Positions 20,225 to 30,608 of a DNA stretch of 64,000 nucleotides are shown piece after piece. The stretch spans positions 224,001 through 288,000 of the forward strand of contig CBDANF010000002.1 in assembly GCA_965197475.1 (NCBI GenBank), in the 5' to 3' direction. This DNA comes from Candidatus Poribacteria bacterium. Its GTDB lineage: Bacteria > Poribacteria > WGA-4E > WGA-3G. The notes beneath the pieces are model-generated. The model was given only the letters and a program-made list of their open reading frames with translations, did not search any database and had not been told where the DNA came from. Made by a program: the position numbers and the translations under genes. Position 1 is the stretch's first letter, and each line of letters opens with the position of its first letter.

Positions 20225-21814
20225 CTACTTTTCATTCTCTTTTGCTGGTTCTACAGAAATTTTTGCCTGAAAGGCATTGATGTTTCCTTTTCCACTAAAC
20301 CAAGTACCGGTAGCACCCAACTGAAAGATTTTACCTTCGTCAAAACTATATCGCATTCTCCCTATCTGTCCAGACGGGATATCCCACACAGAAGTAAGTG
20401 CCTCAGTGGGAATTCCTTTTATAGGCAATTCGGCATCACCGTCAAACAGATCAAACGACCCGCCAGATTTGGCACTACCCATACGGATATCAATCTTTGG
20501 CGTCCCACCATCCTTAAACGCAGTGGTATCTATTGTAATGACATTGTAGTCTTGGTCACCGTGCCTTGGTGCGCGAAGAACATGCAAGACCTCTTGCTCA
20601 AGATGCTCTCCATCAAGCACTATGTTCAAACCGTTCAATATAGATGCGGAGGTATTCTCCCCGAACCCTGGGAATTTCGCATCCAAGGAATCCATGAGAA
20701 ACGTAAGGTAAGCCTCCTCTTCCGATATGCCCATTCCTGAGGGGTTGTCATAGAGATCATCTTCTGGAAGTTTACCCATCATATCAAATTCCGGAGAAAT
20801 AACTAAGCAATCTACCGGTGAATGTTGTTTCCAACCCTCCATGATGGGTTTTGCTAACGGGTGTGTTCTGTTAAAAATCTTTGACTTATCCTTATATCTC
20901 TGTGCCATGTAGGCTTTCTTTCTGGGAGTGCGTTCTAATTCTGCATTGGAAACCCAGATGTTGATAAAATTTTCATTTAAGAACTCTATAGTTCGATTGT
21001 CAGAGAGAGCACCTGCCCTCAAGCCTTTTCCGCTCCCTCAGCAGGACTCATCCGCTAACGGACCATCTATTGAGATAACATGAATTAGCTTAGCTTGTTC
21101 TTCTGCCAACTCCACTGCTTGATATGGAGACATCCAGTTAATTTGTTCTGACTTGTAGAAACATAAACTCAGCGCGCGTTCTGCCTCTTCTTGGGTTATT
21201 GATTCTGTGAAATCGGTGTTTTGTGCCACATCTTCTATTCCTGTTGTTAGTTCCATTTGGGGGCAGAAACCTGCATCCGTAATAGCGTAATCATCGTTTT
21301 TGTCCTCATGCCAATTGACATCAAAGTTCACTGTGCCTTCGGGCACGTACATCTTAAAGAAAGCAATTTTATCTTCTATCTTGTCAATTATGAGATTTCC
21401 TTTAAACTGTGAGGGTGTAAACCATCCATCTTTTAACTTAAACTCTGCATGTATACGAAATTGAATTTCGGCAAATCTATCGTTATACGCACGTAGGCAT
21501 GCCCATAGACCTTGTGAGTCTTCTGCATCCATTTCCAGACGTGGATCGGGATGAAGTTGCCTTAGCAATGTGAGCACACCTTATTTTTCAATTTGCCAAA
21601 GTTCACCAACCGAAACCGATTCCGATGGAAGAAATGTTTGAAAAACCGATTCAGGATACTGCTTCTCCGGTTCAGCAACCTGCAGGTTTGCTAATTCATC
21701 CCACTCCACGTGGAAGTTGTATTGCGTGTATTCAATGGGCGCGATGAAACCTTTGACCAACACGTCTGCATCACCGTCAAGATTAAGCGTAATTTTGTCT
21801 GATAAAATACTCAT
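20225..21814 (-). CDS. Selenoprotein N (SelenoN)-like protein with in-frame UGA (Sec) at 21038-21040; also carries an in-frame TAA at 21581-21583 (pseudogene or sequence error)
   Basis: Three ORFs lie in one frame. 'GPLADESC-UGA-GSGKGLR' corresponds to animal SelN 'GALDDQSCUGSGRTLR'; 'FRIHAEF', 'WFTPSQFKGNLII' and 'LNENFINIW' also match SelN. RBS GGAGA before ATG at 21814. Confidence 0.85.
21005..21020 (-). promoter_or_regulatory. Putative bacterial SECIS hairpin
   Basis: GAGGGC-AGGU-GCUCUC stem-loop starting 17 nt after the UGA, with G in the apical loop. Confidence 0.6.
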
Positions 21815-21936
21815 TTTAATTCTCCACTGCAGAAATTTTTTGTATTCACTTATACGCATTTTCGGATGCAGTTTGCGGGTGTGTAGGTATTTTGTGATAT
21901 AAGGTTAACTTTCAAAAAACCTGTAGTGTTTTCAAT

Positions 21937-22112
21937 GTAGGGCCAAATCAACGCAGCGTGCGCGTGTGACACGCTGCGGGATCTCTGTGCCCGCCCGTTG
22001 TTTTCGTATATGAGAGATAGCGGGAAACCCAGAGACCCCGCCCAACGAGGCGTGACGAGATTTGTCTCCTAAATTGATACCTATGGGTTTCACGGTGTTC
22101 TACACAACCTAT
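21937..22112. repeat. Cluster of REP-like palindromes
   Basis: cgggatctctgtgcccg / gggaaacccagagaccccgccc pair, plus gggtttcacggtgttctacacaacctat, which is related to the 53073-53159 element. Confidence 0.55.
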
Positions 22113-22133
22113 AAATTTCAGTGCGATAGTGTG

Positions 22134-23261
22134 TCAGCGACCGCCCAGGTGTTCCAATCTTTTGAAAGGGACCCCGCCTTCGCTATACATGTGCATCACA
22201 TGGTCAATAAATTCGTATTTGGCAAGTGAACAGGAACGAAGTTTATTAGGGTGGAAAAGATAATATGCAACACTTTCCGCCCAATCTTCATTTGGATTCT
22301 TTGAATAAGCGTATGCTGTAACAAATTCTTTTTGACTTTTCGTCTTTGACCACCCATGCTTATTATTTGGGTCTTTACGCCATCCTCCAAGTTCCGACCA
22401 TTCCTTTCTAAGCTTCCCGTTAAGGGCATACTCCCATAAAAAATGTGCTTTTTCATGAATGATTATGCGCTGGAACTCAATTTGATTACCTATGCGAAAA
22501 GTATGTGCGGCATACTCAACACAATCTGCAACAATCCATGCCGAACCTGCATACGGTGCTTGCTGGCTACGAAGAAGATATTTTAATCGAGGTATTTTAT
22601 GTAATCCTTTGGGGAATTTTTCAAATACTGACATGAGCATCATAAGTTCTTGGTTTGTAAATTTCGATACACGTAGTTCCCCTATATACTTACGTAGTTT
22701 CTGTCCTATCTTCTCAGCTTCAGGTGTCCTTATACTAACTAAACTAAGACCGTACACTTCTTTCAGCACGAGTTCTATTGCATATCTGTCAGCCCCATCC
22801 TTCAGTATTAGTTTTACTGCAGGCATATTTGTCCAATCCTCAGTTACGAATTGAGCGACAACCCGAAAAAGCCGTTTGTTTGATAGCAATTCTTCCTGAG
22901 ATTCTTCTTCCTGAAATTCTTCAGTTGAAAAAACATCACTACTAATAGTAACGTGTTTCAAACTATTTACAGATTCAACCCGAACATCATCTTGTAAATC
23001 TTCATCACTTATCTTCCACACAGAAAGATTCAATTTGTGGTTTGGATATTTAGATTTTTGATATATAGGATAAATAGATTCAAAGGTTTCTAAAAGCGCG
23101 TCTGCTTGTTTTGTAGTCCAAGTAGTGTCTAAATTGACAGCATGCCTCTGTTTCAACTGTGTAAAAGTATTTTGACTCGGTTTTTGAAAAAGAGATACAT
23201 AGCAACTTGATTGAAAAATTATGATAGTAAGAAAAACAGTGCTGTTAATAACTCGCATCAT
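22134..23261 (-). CDS. Putative lipoprotein zinc metallopeptidase (gluzincin-like)
   Basis: N-terminal hydrophobic stretch ending 'FQSSC'; HEKAH plus 'NPNEDWAES'. Confidence 0.7.
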   Translation of the reverse strand: MMRVINSTVFLTIIIFQSSCYVSLFQKPSQNTFTQLKQRHAVNLDTTWTTKQADALLETFESIYPIYQKSKYPNHKLNLSVWKISDEDLQDDVRVESVNSLKHVTISSDVFSTEEFQEEESQEELLSNKRLFRVVAQFVTEDWTNMPAVKLILKDGADRYAIELVLKEVYGLSLVSIRTPEAEKIGQKLRKYIGELRVSKFTNQELMMLMSVFEKFPKGLHKIPRLKYLLRSQQAPYAGSAWIVADCVEYAAHTFRIGNQIEFQRIIIHEKAHFLWEYALNGKLRKEWSELGGWRKDPNNKHGWSKTKSQKEFVTAYAYSKNPNEDWAESVAYYLFHPNKLRSCSLAKYEFIDHVMHMYSEGGVPFKRLEHLGGR

Positions 23262-23472
23262 TACCTCTTATTGCTGTGAAGCACACATCTTAGACTTGTG
23301 ATATGAAGCCTTTTCTTTACTTTTAGCCAGTTTATTATAAGGTTATTAAGTTTCGATTTTTCGGGTGTATTTTAACAAATGTTAATGTTTTATAGCAAAT
23401 CTAAATATGTGAACGCACCTGTGCCTGGTAGGTGCAGTGAATAAACGTCAAATGCGCGTATGGCATTCGGAA

Positions 23473-23496
23473 GGAAACCCAGAGACCTCGCCCTAT
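23473..23496. repeat. REP-like palindrome, family A
   Basis: ggaaacccagagacctcgccctat, similar to the copies at 22021 and 55689. Confidence 0.55.
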
Positions 23497-23578
23497 AATG
23501 AAAAGGATAACACACGCTGAATTGATGTCTATGGGTTAGACTGAAAGTGAAGTCCAAACTTGGGCAAAGGGAGTTAGT

Positions 23579-24160
23579 CTATTGGTTTTCATACGCAGCA
23601 ATGTCCGCTTCATACTGCAAAGTCCAACCGATTTCATCGAGTCCATTTAGCATGCAGTATTTCTCAAAATTGCCAATCTCATAAGTGTGTGCAGTTCCAT
23701 CAGGACAGATTACCGATTGTTCTTCTAAATCTACCATTAGTCGGTACCCTTCGGTATCCTGCCCTGCTTGGCTCAGCGAGGCGATAACATCTGTAGATAG
23801 GGCTATGGGCAGTATACCGTTCTTATAACAATTGTTGCGGAAGATGTCGGCAAATGATGGTGCAAGAATCGCTTTGAAACCGTACTGCTGCAATGCCCAC
23901 GGCGCATGCTCTCGTGAACTACCACAACCGAAGTTTACACCAGCAATTAGTATACTTGCGCCCGCATAACGCGGATAGTTCAGCACAAACTCAGGATTTG
24001 GGTCGCCATTTTCGAGGTAACGCCAATCGTAAAATAAAAATTCGCCGAAGCCGGTCCGTTCAATCCTTTTCAGAAATTGCTTAGGGATAATCTGGTCGGT
24101 GTCAACATTAATTCGGTCAAGTGGTACAACAAGTCCAACGTGTTCTTTAAATGCTTCCAT
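23579..24160 (-). CDS. leuD: 3-isopropylmalate dehydratase small subunit
   Basis: [47 protein letters not shown]. Confidence 0.97.
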   Translation of the reverse strand: MEAFKEHVGLVVPLDRINVDTDQIIPKQFLKRIERTGFGEFLFYDWRYLENGDPNPEFVLNYPRYAGASILIAGVNFGCGSSREHAPWALQQYGFKAILAPSFADIFRNNCYKNGILPIALSTDVIASLSQAGQDTEGYRLMVDLEEQSVICPDGTAHTYEIGNFEKYCMLNGLDEIGWTLQYEADIAAYENQ

Positions 24161-24187
24161 TTCTTTGTGACTCCTCTGTTACGAACA

Positions 24188-24268
24188 GTAGGACTGAGGC
24201 ACGGAGACCTCACCCTACAATAATTAAAGGGCAGTAACAAGGCTGAGGCACGGGGACCTCACCCTACA
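24188..24268. repeat. Tandem REP-like palindromes (family A) between leuC and leuD
   Basis: ctgaggcacgg(a/g)gacctcaccctacaat occurs twice. Confidence 0.8.
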
Positions 24269-24272
24269 ATGA

Positions 24273-25676
24273 TCACTGTGTGAATTCTCTGATGTCAACA
24301 AAACGACCTGTTACAGCAGTTGCAGCCGCCATCTGTGGACTGACAAGGTGCGTGCGTCCACCTTTACCCTGTCTACCTTCAAAATTCCTGTTTGATGTAC
24401 TTGCACATCGTTGGCCGGGCATGAGAATGTCGGGATTCATACCGAGACACATACTACAGCCAGCCTCGCGCCATTCAAACCCTGCCGCACGGAAAATATC
24501 GTGAAGTCCTTCCGCTTCCGCTTGCCGTTTGACCGCTTGCGAACCTGGGACGACCATTGCATCAACGGTCTCTGCAACTTTCCTGCCCTTCACAACCTCG
24601 GCTGCAGCGCGTAAATCACTGATACGTGAATTGGTGCAGCTACCGATAAAAACTCTCTCAACCGTAATATCTGTCATCGGCGTACCGGGTTCAAGGTCCA
24701 TATATTCCAAAGCGTGTTCTGCGGCACGTTTCTCGTCAGTTGTATCCATATCCACAGGATTTGGCACACGTCCTGTTACATCAGTAACCATGCCAGGATT
24801 TGTACCCCATGTCACCTGCGGTGCTATATCCGCTGCGTCAAGTTTTAGCGTCCGATTGTATGTTGCTTCCTCATCAGTTGGGAGTTGTTTCCAACTTTCA
24901 ACTGCTGCATCAAACGCTTCACCTTTCGGGGCAAAACGTTTGCCAGCGATGTATTCGTAGGTCATGTCATCAGGGGCAATCATTCCAGCGCGAGCACCTG
25001 CCTCAATTGACATGTTACAGACGGTCATCCGTTCCTCAACGCTGAGGGAGCGGATCGTGGAACCTGTATATTCCACCACAGCACCGTTGCCGCCATCTAT
25101 ACCGATATGTCCGATAATAGAGAGGATAATATCTTTCGCAGTTACGCCGTAAGGCAGTGTGCCATCAACTCGGATTTCAAAGGTTTCCGACTTGTGTTGT
25201 AATAAGCACTGTGTTGCGAGGACATGCTCAATCTCACTTGTCCCAATGCCGAAAGCAAGCGCACCGAGCGCACCGTGTGTTGAGGTGTGGCTATCACCGC
25301 ATACAATCGTTTGTCCGGGCTGCGTGATACCCAGCTCAGGTCCGATTACGTGGACGATGCCTTGCTCAGGACTGTTGATGTCGTAGAGCGGAATATCAAA
25401 CTCTGCGCAATTTTGTGCAAGTGTTTCCATCTGCTTCGCTGCGATCAGATCGGCAACAGGAAACGTTCTATCCGTGGTCGGAACGTTGTGATCCATCGTA
25501 GCGAACGTTAGCTCGGGACGGCGTACCTTGCGGTTGCTGAGCCGCAACTCTTCAAATGCTTGGGGAGATGTCACTTCGTGAACAAGGTGTGTATCTATAT
25601 AAAGAATCGGCACCTCATCTGCGGATGCCCGCACGAGATGCGCGTCCCATATCTTTTCATACATCGTTTTTTTCAT
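24273..25676 (-). CDS. leuC: 3-isopropylmalate dehydratase large subunit
   Basis: [46 protein letters not shown]; start placed at ATG 25676. Confidence 0.97.
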   Translation of the reverse strand: MKKTMYEKIWDAHLVRASADEVPILYIDTHLVHEVTSPQAFEELRLSNRKVRRPELTFATMDHNVPTTDRTFPVADLIAAKQMETLAQNCAEFDIPLYDINSPEQGIVHVIGPELGITQPGQTIVCGDSHTSTHGALGALAFGIGTSEIEHVLATQCLLQHKSETFEIRVDGTLPYGVTAKDIILSIIGHIGIDGGNGAVVEYTGSTIRSLSVEERMTVCNMSIEAGARAGMIAPDDMTYEYIAGKRFAPKGEAFDAAVESWKQLPTDEEATYNRTLKLDAADIAPQVTWGTNPGMVTDVTGRVPNPVDMDTTDEKRAAEHALEYMDLEPGTPMTDITVERVFIGSCTNSRISDLRAAAEVVKGRKVAETVDAMVVPGSQAVKRQAEAEGLHDIFRAAGFEWREAGCSMCLGMNPDILMPGQRCASTSNRNFEGRQGKGGRTHLVSPQMAAATAVTGRFVDIREFTQ

Positions 25677-25961
25677 CGTTTTTCTATAACCTCTGTCTTG
25701 TTTATCTATAAAAAAATAAAAATTGTTTCGGTAATTCACAGCGGAGTTATCACAAAGCGGAGTAGCTGACGATGGATTTGTTGAAAAGCAAGTCGCTAAC
25801 AGGCTTGCAGTTTTGGTAGACACCGAGCATGAAGACCCCGGCGGTTGCGTGCCTGAAAAATGCTGTTAAAGCATTCAGAATCGCGTCTTATCTCCTTGTT
25901 GTAAGGGTATTGTGCCTTTCATAGATGTCAGTTGTTAGTAGGAATTCGCCAATCCGGAGTA

Positions 25962-26378
25962 TTAGGGGTTTACAATCCGCTGTTGTTTGAGCGTTTCGAT
26001 TTCTTGTGTGAGCGTTTCAATCTGCTTTTCAAGGGTGTAATCTTTTCTGCTTCGCCTATGTGCTAATATGCCCCACACAGTTGCACCGATCGCGAGAATC
26101 GCCAAAGGGATACCAATACAGGCAATGATGATGTTATTTTGTCTGTCAAAATTCTTTTGAATAGTGTCAAAGCCGTTACTCATAGTTTCTTTTAGATTTG
26201 TGACTTCTGTTTTTACGACTGCCCCATCAGTTTTTAGCGTCACAATATCGGCTTTTATAGGTCTGATTTCTTCTTGAACAATCAAGCGGATTTTATCAAG
26301 GTCAACATCAGTTAACGCTGCCATAGTTGGTAAAGCGATGACACAAAAGAGTATAGTGAGAGCGAGCATCGTTTTCAT
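25962..26378 (-). CDS. Small exported coiled-coil protein with one TM segment
   Basis: Signal peptide 'MKTMLALTILFCVIALPTMA', heptad region, TM segment, C-terminal coiled coil. Confidence 0.65.
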   Translation of the reverse strand: MKTMLALTILFCVIALPTMAALTDVDLDKIRLIVQEEIRPIKADIVTLKTDGAVVKTEVTNLKETMSNGFDTIQKNFDRQNNIIIACIGIPLAILAIGATVWGILAHRRSRKDYTLEKQIETLTQEIETLKQQRIVNP

Positions 26379-26603
26379 AGAGTATTCCCAGTGCCAGCTT
26401 GATTTATCCCCCAGCAAAGGTGGGAGGATGGTAGACATGTCTTGCCAGCATGCTTCACAGTATCACCCAAAACTGGATAACTTAATTATGGGTCTTTTCG
26501 TAGGCACGTTCGATCAAATATATCACTAACGAGTCGTTAACAACAGTATCATACCCTAAAAACAACCGAAAATCAAACAAAAAACGTCCTCGTTCTTTTT
26601 CCT

Positions 26604-29600
26604 CTACAGATACTTTGTGAGAATGGCATTTTTACGCTCAGTGGCTTCGTCAATTACGGCTTGTGCCCCGGTGATTTTTGCTTCTAATTGCCCAACTTCT
26701 GCCGCTAACTGTTTTTGAATGTTAAGCGGAGGAACAGGGATTCTTATGTTTTTAATTTCTGTTAGATTAAGCATGTCATATTGAGATAAATCTTGTATTA
26801 TTCGCTTATAAAGCGATTTCAGACAATAAAAAATATAAATATCCAGTATGTTCTTTGACAAAGATTTTATTCCTGCAATATTCTGATTCGTAGTTGCTTC
26901 AAATGTCAAAAAGGCAGTTTTGCCTTTTGTAGCACCTACTAAAGCAATTAAAGTCGTATTTGATGCAAGCCATTTTGCGCTGGAATTATTTAATCCTTCT
27001 TCGGTAATACATTCATAGTCAATATTTTTACTAATATGCGTTTCTTTACAGACTTCTGAGCGCAACCAAGGTATCAATCCGTTTTCCCAATAAGCATTAT
27101 TTTTTCTTGAAGGCGTACCACCGCTTTTAATATCTGTTATATCACCCAATTTTTTTATTTCAGAACTGGCACTTACAACAGTCTGTAGCTTTTCTTCAAT
27201 TTCCTGTTTGGCTGTGGTAATAGCTTCGCGGGCTTGAGCAGTTTCCTGATCCACCGCCTCACATTCATCAACAATCTGTTGCTGTTTATGGGACGGTGGA
27301 AGAGGAATTTTTATTTCTTTAAGGTTGGTTGAATTTAATCCGCCTTGGGCAGATCCTGTGATATTATGTTTTAGCAGATTTTGACCGTTTTCCGAAAAAA
27401 GAAAATTAAAAATATAATATTGCTTTAGTTGTAATTCACACCGCAAAAGAAAAACATGTTCATTCACCATTGCATTTTCATTGTTCAGTTCCTCCCTTAA
27501 AAGTGCAATTTTTCCAGTTAAAGCACCATCTTTGCAAAGCAAAATATCATTTTCTTGCAATTTACCTCTTGTGCTGTCGCGATAAAAATCTAACGGAACA
27601 TATTTAGGCGTGCTTAAATCAACCATTCCAGTTGTTGAATGTATATGTTCACCTCCCAAACTCCAAGCACCGCTTGATATATTTTCAACACCACCTTTGG
27701 GTCTATTTCCAGTTTCAATTGTTTCTATCTCATCTCCTAACTTCACCAATGGCCATTGGGTTTCAATATCAATATTTTGCTGAGGGTTTAAACTAATGAT
27801 TTTATGAAAATCTACACGGCTAAAATTCAACATATCGGTGAGTTTGGCATAATGGCAATGTTCGGGCAATGGGTCCGGGGTTTCACCAATAAAGTTTCGT
27901 TTAATTGCGGTGTTTATTTTTGCGATGTTATCTGGATCCTTCGGGTCAAATAGGGGTGTGATAATATCGTTTACCGTTTCGCCTCCCTCGTATTTAATGC
28001 CCTCTCGACCTTTGGCACTACTCCATTCATAACCTAAAAATCGCTTTCGTTCTTTGTTGATATTTGGTGCATTGACAATTAGCACCTTGTTTTCCTGCTC
28101 GTGTGCCAGAATAAAGTAGTAGAGTTTTTCTTTTTCTATGGTGTGTAGGTAATCAATAAGACGTTGTGCTAATTCTTCGGATTGTTCCGTTGGTGTTTTT
28201 TTCTTGAAGACATTGGATTTTTTCAGATTTTTTATATCAGTCCTTTGATTAAAGGCTTGCTCATAGTCTTGGAAAATATCGTATACTAATAGGTCGGCAA
28301 GCGGCTCAAGGTTGGTTTGGGCAAAGAGCTTAATGTATTCTTCATAAGAGACATCAATATGGTGGCAGTAAGCTTTTATTAGGTGGTGATCTTGGTAATA
28401 TTCTTCACTCTCGTCATCACCTGCAAAAAAGACTTTCACTCGATTGCGGTAATGGTCGGCGGCTTCCGGTTTTCGCTTTTTCCGTCTTAAAAAAAGCACC
28501 ACAGTATTGGTCCCAGTCTTGCCAAAGGTGCCACTTCCTAGTTCGGCAATACTCATTATATCAAAAAATTGTAGCAGAATCTCACGCGTCCGGTTGTGAA
28601 CCGCTTCCGTATTGGACAAGATGCTGGAGGGAACAATTACACCAACCACCCCATCTGGTGCCATTAAGTGATGAATCCGTTCTAAAAAGAAGCATTCAAT
28701 GTTATTGGTATTGCTATTTTCACCTGTGGCTTCAATGAGTTTATACTCATTTTTGTCCGCATCGCTCAAGGTTTGTAGAAAGCCTTCGACGGCAAAGGGT
28801 GGATTAGCCACCAAGACATCAAAACTTTGTGGTGGAATTTCAGGGCGAGAGGCGAGCGCGTCAGCGTCTAATATCTTAATCTGCTCTTGACCGTGCATAT
28901 ACGCTGCAACCTTGGCGACTTTTGCCAAGCGATCTTCTTTTTCTATGCCAGTGATGTGGTTATAATAGCGGACTCTTTCTTGTTTTTGAACAAACTGCTT
29001 TATTTGATAGGCGTATTCATTTAGGAAATGTCCAGACCCACAGGCGTAGTCAATCACTTTAATCGGTTCAGCTTTCTCTATTATTTTTTGTTCAAGTGGC
29101 AAGGAGCCGACGATAAATTTGCAGATAGGCAGCGGCGTGAAAAATTGACCTTCGGACTGCTTGATACCGTTGTCAAGAAAGAACTCAAACATATCACCCA
29201 AAAATTGGTTTTGCTCATCTGTTTTGAGGCGTAACCCTTGCCACATTTGTACAACCTCTGACAAAACTGCGGTGTTTCTTTCGAATAAATCTTTGTTATG
29301 GGTGTCTAAAAATGAGAACGCTGAGTTGGAGAAAAATTTAAGTTCTGTAAAAAAGTCATGAATCTTTTTCTTGGTGGCGTTGCGGTCATTTTTGACAGGC
29401 CAAAATGCCTCGTCAATTTGTTCACGACTGATGTAACTGATTTCTTCGTTTAGAAACTTACGCATTCCCCGCTGATAGAGGTTTTGCAGTCTATCAACGA
29501 AATCGAAATAGTTATCGTAAGCGGGCCCATTCCAATAAAATTTGAGGTTATCTTTGTTTTCTTCTTCATCAACAAGTTTGCATAGAAACAGATTGACCAA

Positions 29601-30407
29601 AACCTCAAAAGCGGTTTCCTTTCTTGCGATGTTGTGCTTTCTTAAAATAGTTCGGAACTTATCGTATTTACCTGTTTTATCGTCAACATCAATGGGTTTG
29701 GTGTCCTCGGCGAGGGTGTAGTTGTCCTTACCGATTTGGTAGGATTGAATATTAGGTTCAAAAATACCAGTTTCTGTGAATTCTAATTTGTAGGTATCAC
29801 GCCAAACAGCGAATCGGTGTTCGGCTTTGTTAGCCTTTTCATAGGTGAGTAGTGATGTATCTTCTGCTAAAAATTGCTTATTGTCATGATGCGGAATCAG
29901 TTTGTATTTATAATCTAACTCATTTTCTAAGAAACTGGAAGCGTAAAGACATAAATATTGAATTTGGGCATCTTGGTGGGCATAACTAAATAACTGCCCC
30001 CCATCTTGACGGGTATTATCCCACGCCTTTTCAAATTCCTCGCCTGCAGTTTTGCACTCAATAATCAACAAAGGATTACTTTGTTGGTCTTTAACCAATA
30101 TATCAGCACGTCCACCACTGGCACTGTGCCCAATTCTCCAGGTTGGTTCAAGTTCTAAATGTTCGGGTTTGTAACCTTTGTCCAGTAACCTATGGACACA
30201 CTCAAACACAACAAAATTCTCATCCTTAGAGAAATTGCATGTGTCCTGTCGATTGACTTTTAAACCTTTATCTTCGGGGTAAATAATTTTTTGTTTGCCG
30301 AAGTCTACCTTCAAATCGACTTCACCAATTGATTTTTGGAAGATGTTCTCTTCTTCTGTGAAGCCAAGCGTTTTGAGTAGGTTTTTAAAGTTGGTTTTCG
30401 TTATCAT
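26604..30407 (-). CDS. Fused restriction-modification enzyme (REase + N6-adenine MTase + two target-recognition domains; type IIG/IIB-like)
   Basis: 'GRADILV...IIECK' nuclease; GQFFTP, DYACGSG and NPPF MTase motifs; two HsdS-like TRDs each ending 'IPLPP' / 'IPVPPL'. Confidence 0.9.
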   Translation of the reverse strand: MITKTNFKNLLKTLGFTEEENIFQKSIGEVDLKVDFGKQKIIYPEDKGLKVNRQDTCNFSKDENFVVFECVHRLLDKGYKPEHLELEPTWRIGHSASGGRADILVKDQQSNPLLIIECKTAGEEFEKAWDNTRQDGGQLFSYAHQDAQIQYLCLYASSFLENELDYKYKLIPHHDNKQFLAEDTSLLTYEKANKAEHRFAVWRDTYKLEFTETGIFEPNIQSYQIGKDNYTLAEDTKPIDVDDKTGKYDKFRTILRKHNIARKETAFEVLVNLFLCKLVDEEENKDNLKFYWNGPAYDNYFDFVDRLQNLYQRGMRKFLNEEISYISREQIDEAFWPVKNDRNATKKKIHDFFTELKFFSNSAFSFLDTHNKDLFERNTAVLSEVVQMWQGLRLKTDEQNQFLGDMFEFFLDNGIKQSEGQFFTPLPICKFIVGSLPLEQKIIEKAEPIKVIDYACGSGHFLNEYAYQIKQFVQKQERVRYYNHITGIEKEDRLAKVAKVAAYMHGQEQIKILDADALASRPEIPPQSFDVLVANPPFAVEGFLQTLSDADKNEYKLIEATGENSNTNNIECFFLERIHHLMAPDGVVGVIVPSSILSNTEAVHNRTREILLQFFDIMSIAELGSGTFGKTGTNTVVLFLRRKKRKPEAADHYRNRVKVFFAGDDESEEYYQDHHLIKAYCHHIDVSYEEYIKLFAQTNLEPLADLLVYDIFQDYEQAFNQRTDIKNLKKSNVFKKKTPTEQSEELAQRLIDYLHTIEKEKLYYFILAHEQENKVLIVNAPNINKERKRFLGYEWSSAKGREGIKYEGGETVNDIITPLFDPKDPDNIAKINTAIKRNFIGETPDPLPEHCHYAKLTDMLNFSRVDFHKIISLNPQQNIDIETQWPLVKLGDEIETIETGNRPKGGVENISSGAWSLGGEHIHSTTGMVDLSTPKYVPLDFYRDSTRGKLQENDILLCKDGALTGKIALLREELNNENAMVNEHVFLLRCELQLKQYYIFNFLFSENGQNLLKHNITGSAQGGLNSTNLKEIKIPLPPSHKQQQIVDECEAVDQETAQAREAITTAKQEIEEKLQTVVSASSEIKKLGDITDIKSGGTPSRKNNAYWENGLIPWLRSEVCKETHISKNIDYECITEEGLNNSSAKWLASNTTLIALVGATKGKTAFLTFEATTNQNIAGIKSLSKNILDIYIFYCLKSLYKRIIQDLSQYDMLNLTEIKNIRIPVPPLNIQKQLAAEVGQLEAKITGAQAVIDEATERKNAILTKYL

Positions 30408-30547
30408 AGTGATGTTTTCGTTGGTTAGGGTATTCTACGGTCTGATTGAGATAAAATTCTACCAGAATTTGAGAAGGATGTCAAGTTTAGAATTTCGGGC
30501 ATCGATGCGGTTAGAAACCGCACCTACCAGATGCCGAATTCGGAGAA

Positions 30548-30576
30548 TTGCTTAATTCCTATTTTTGTGCTATACT
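30548..30576 (+). promoter_or_regulatory. Sigma70-like promoter of the WD40 gene
   Basis: TTGCTT-17 bp-TATACT with extended TG. Confidence 0.5.
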
Positions 30577-30608
30577 CTATTCAGAACTTTGAAAAGGGAA
30601 AATGTTAA

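Noticed and set aside
25677-25960. Leucine attenuator or T-box upstream of leuC
   Set aside because: No Leu-codon-rich leader peptide and no T-box motif were found; the ORF-track extension to 25823 is probably not translated.
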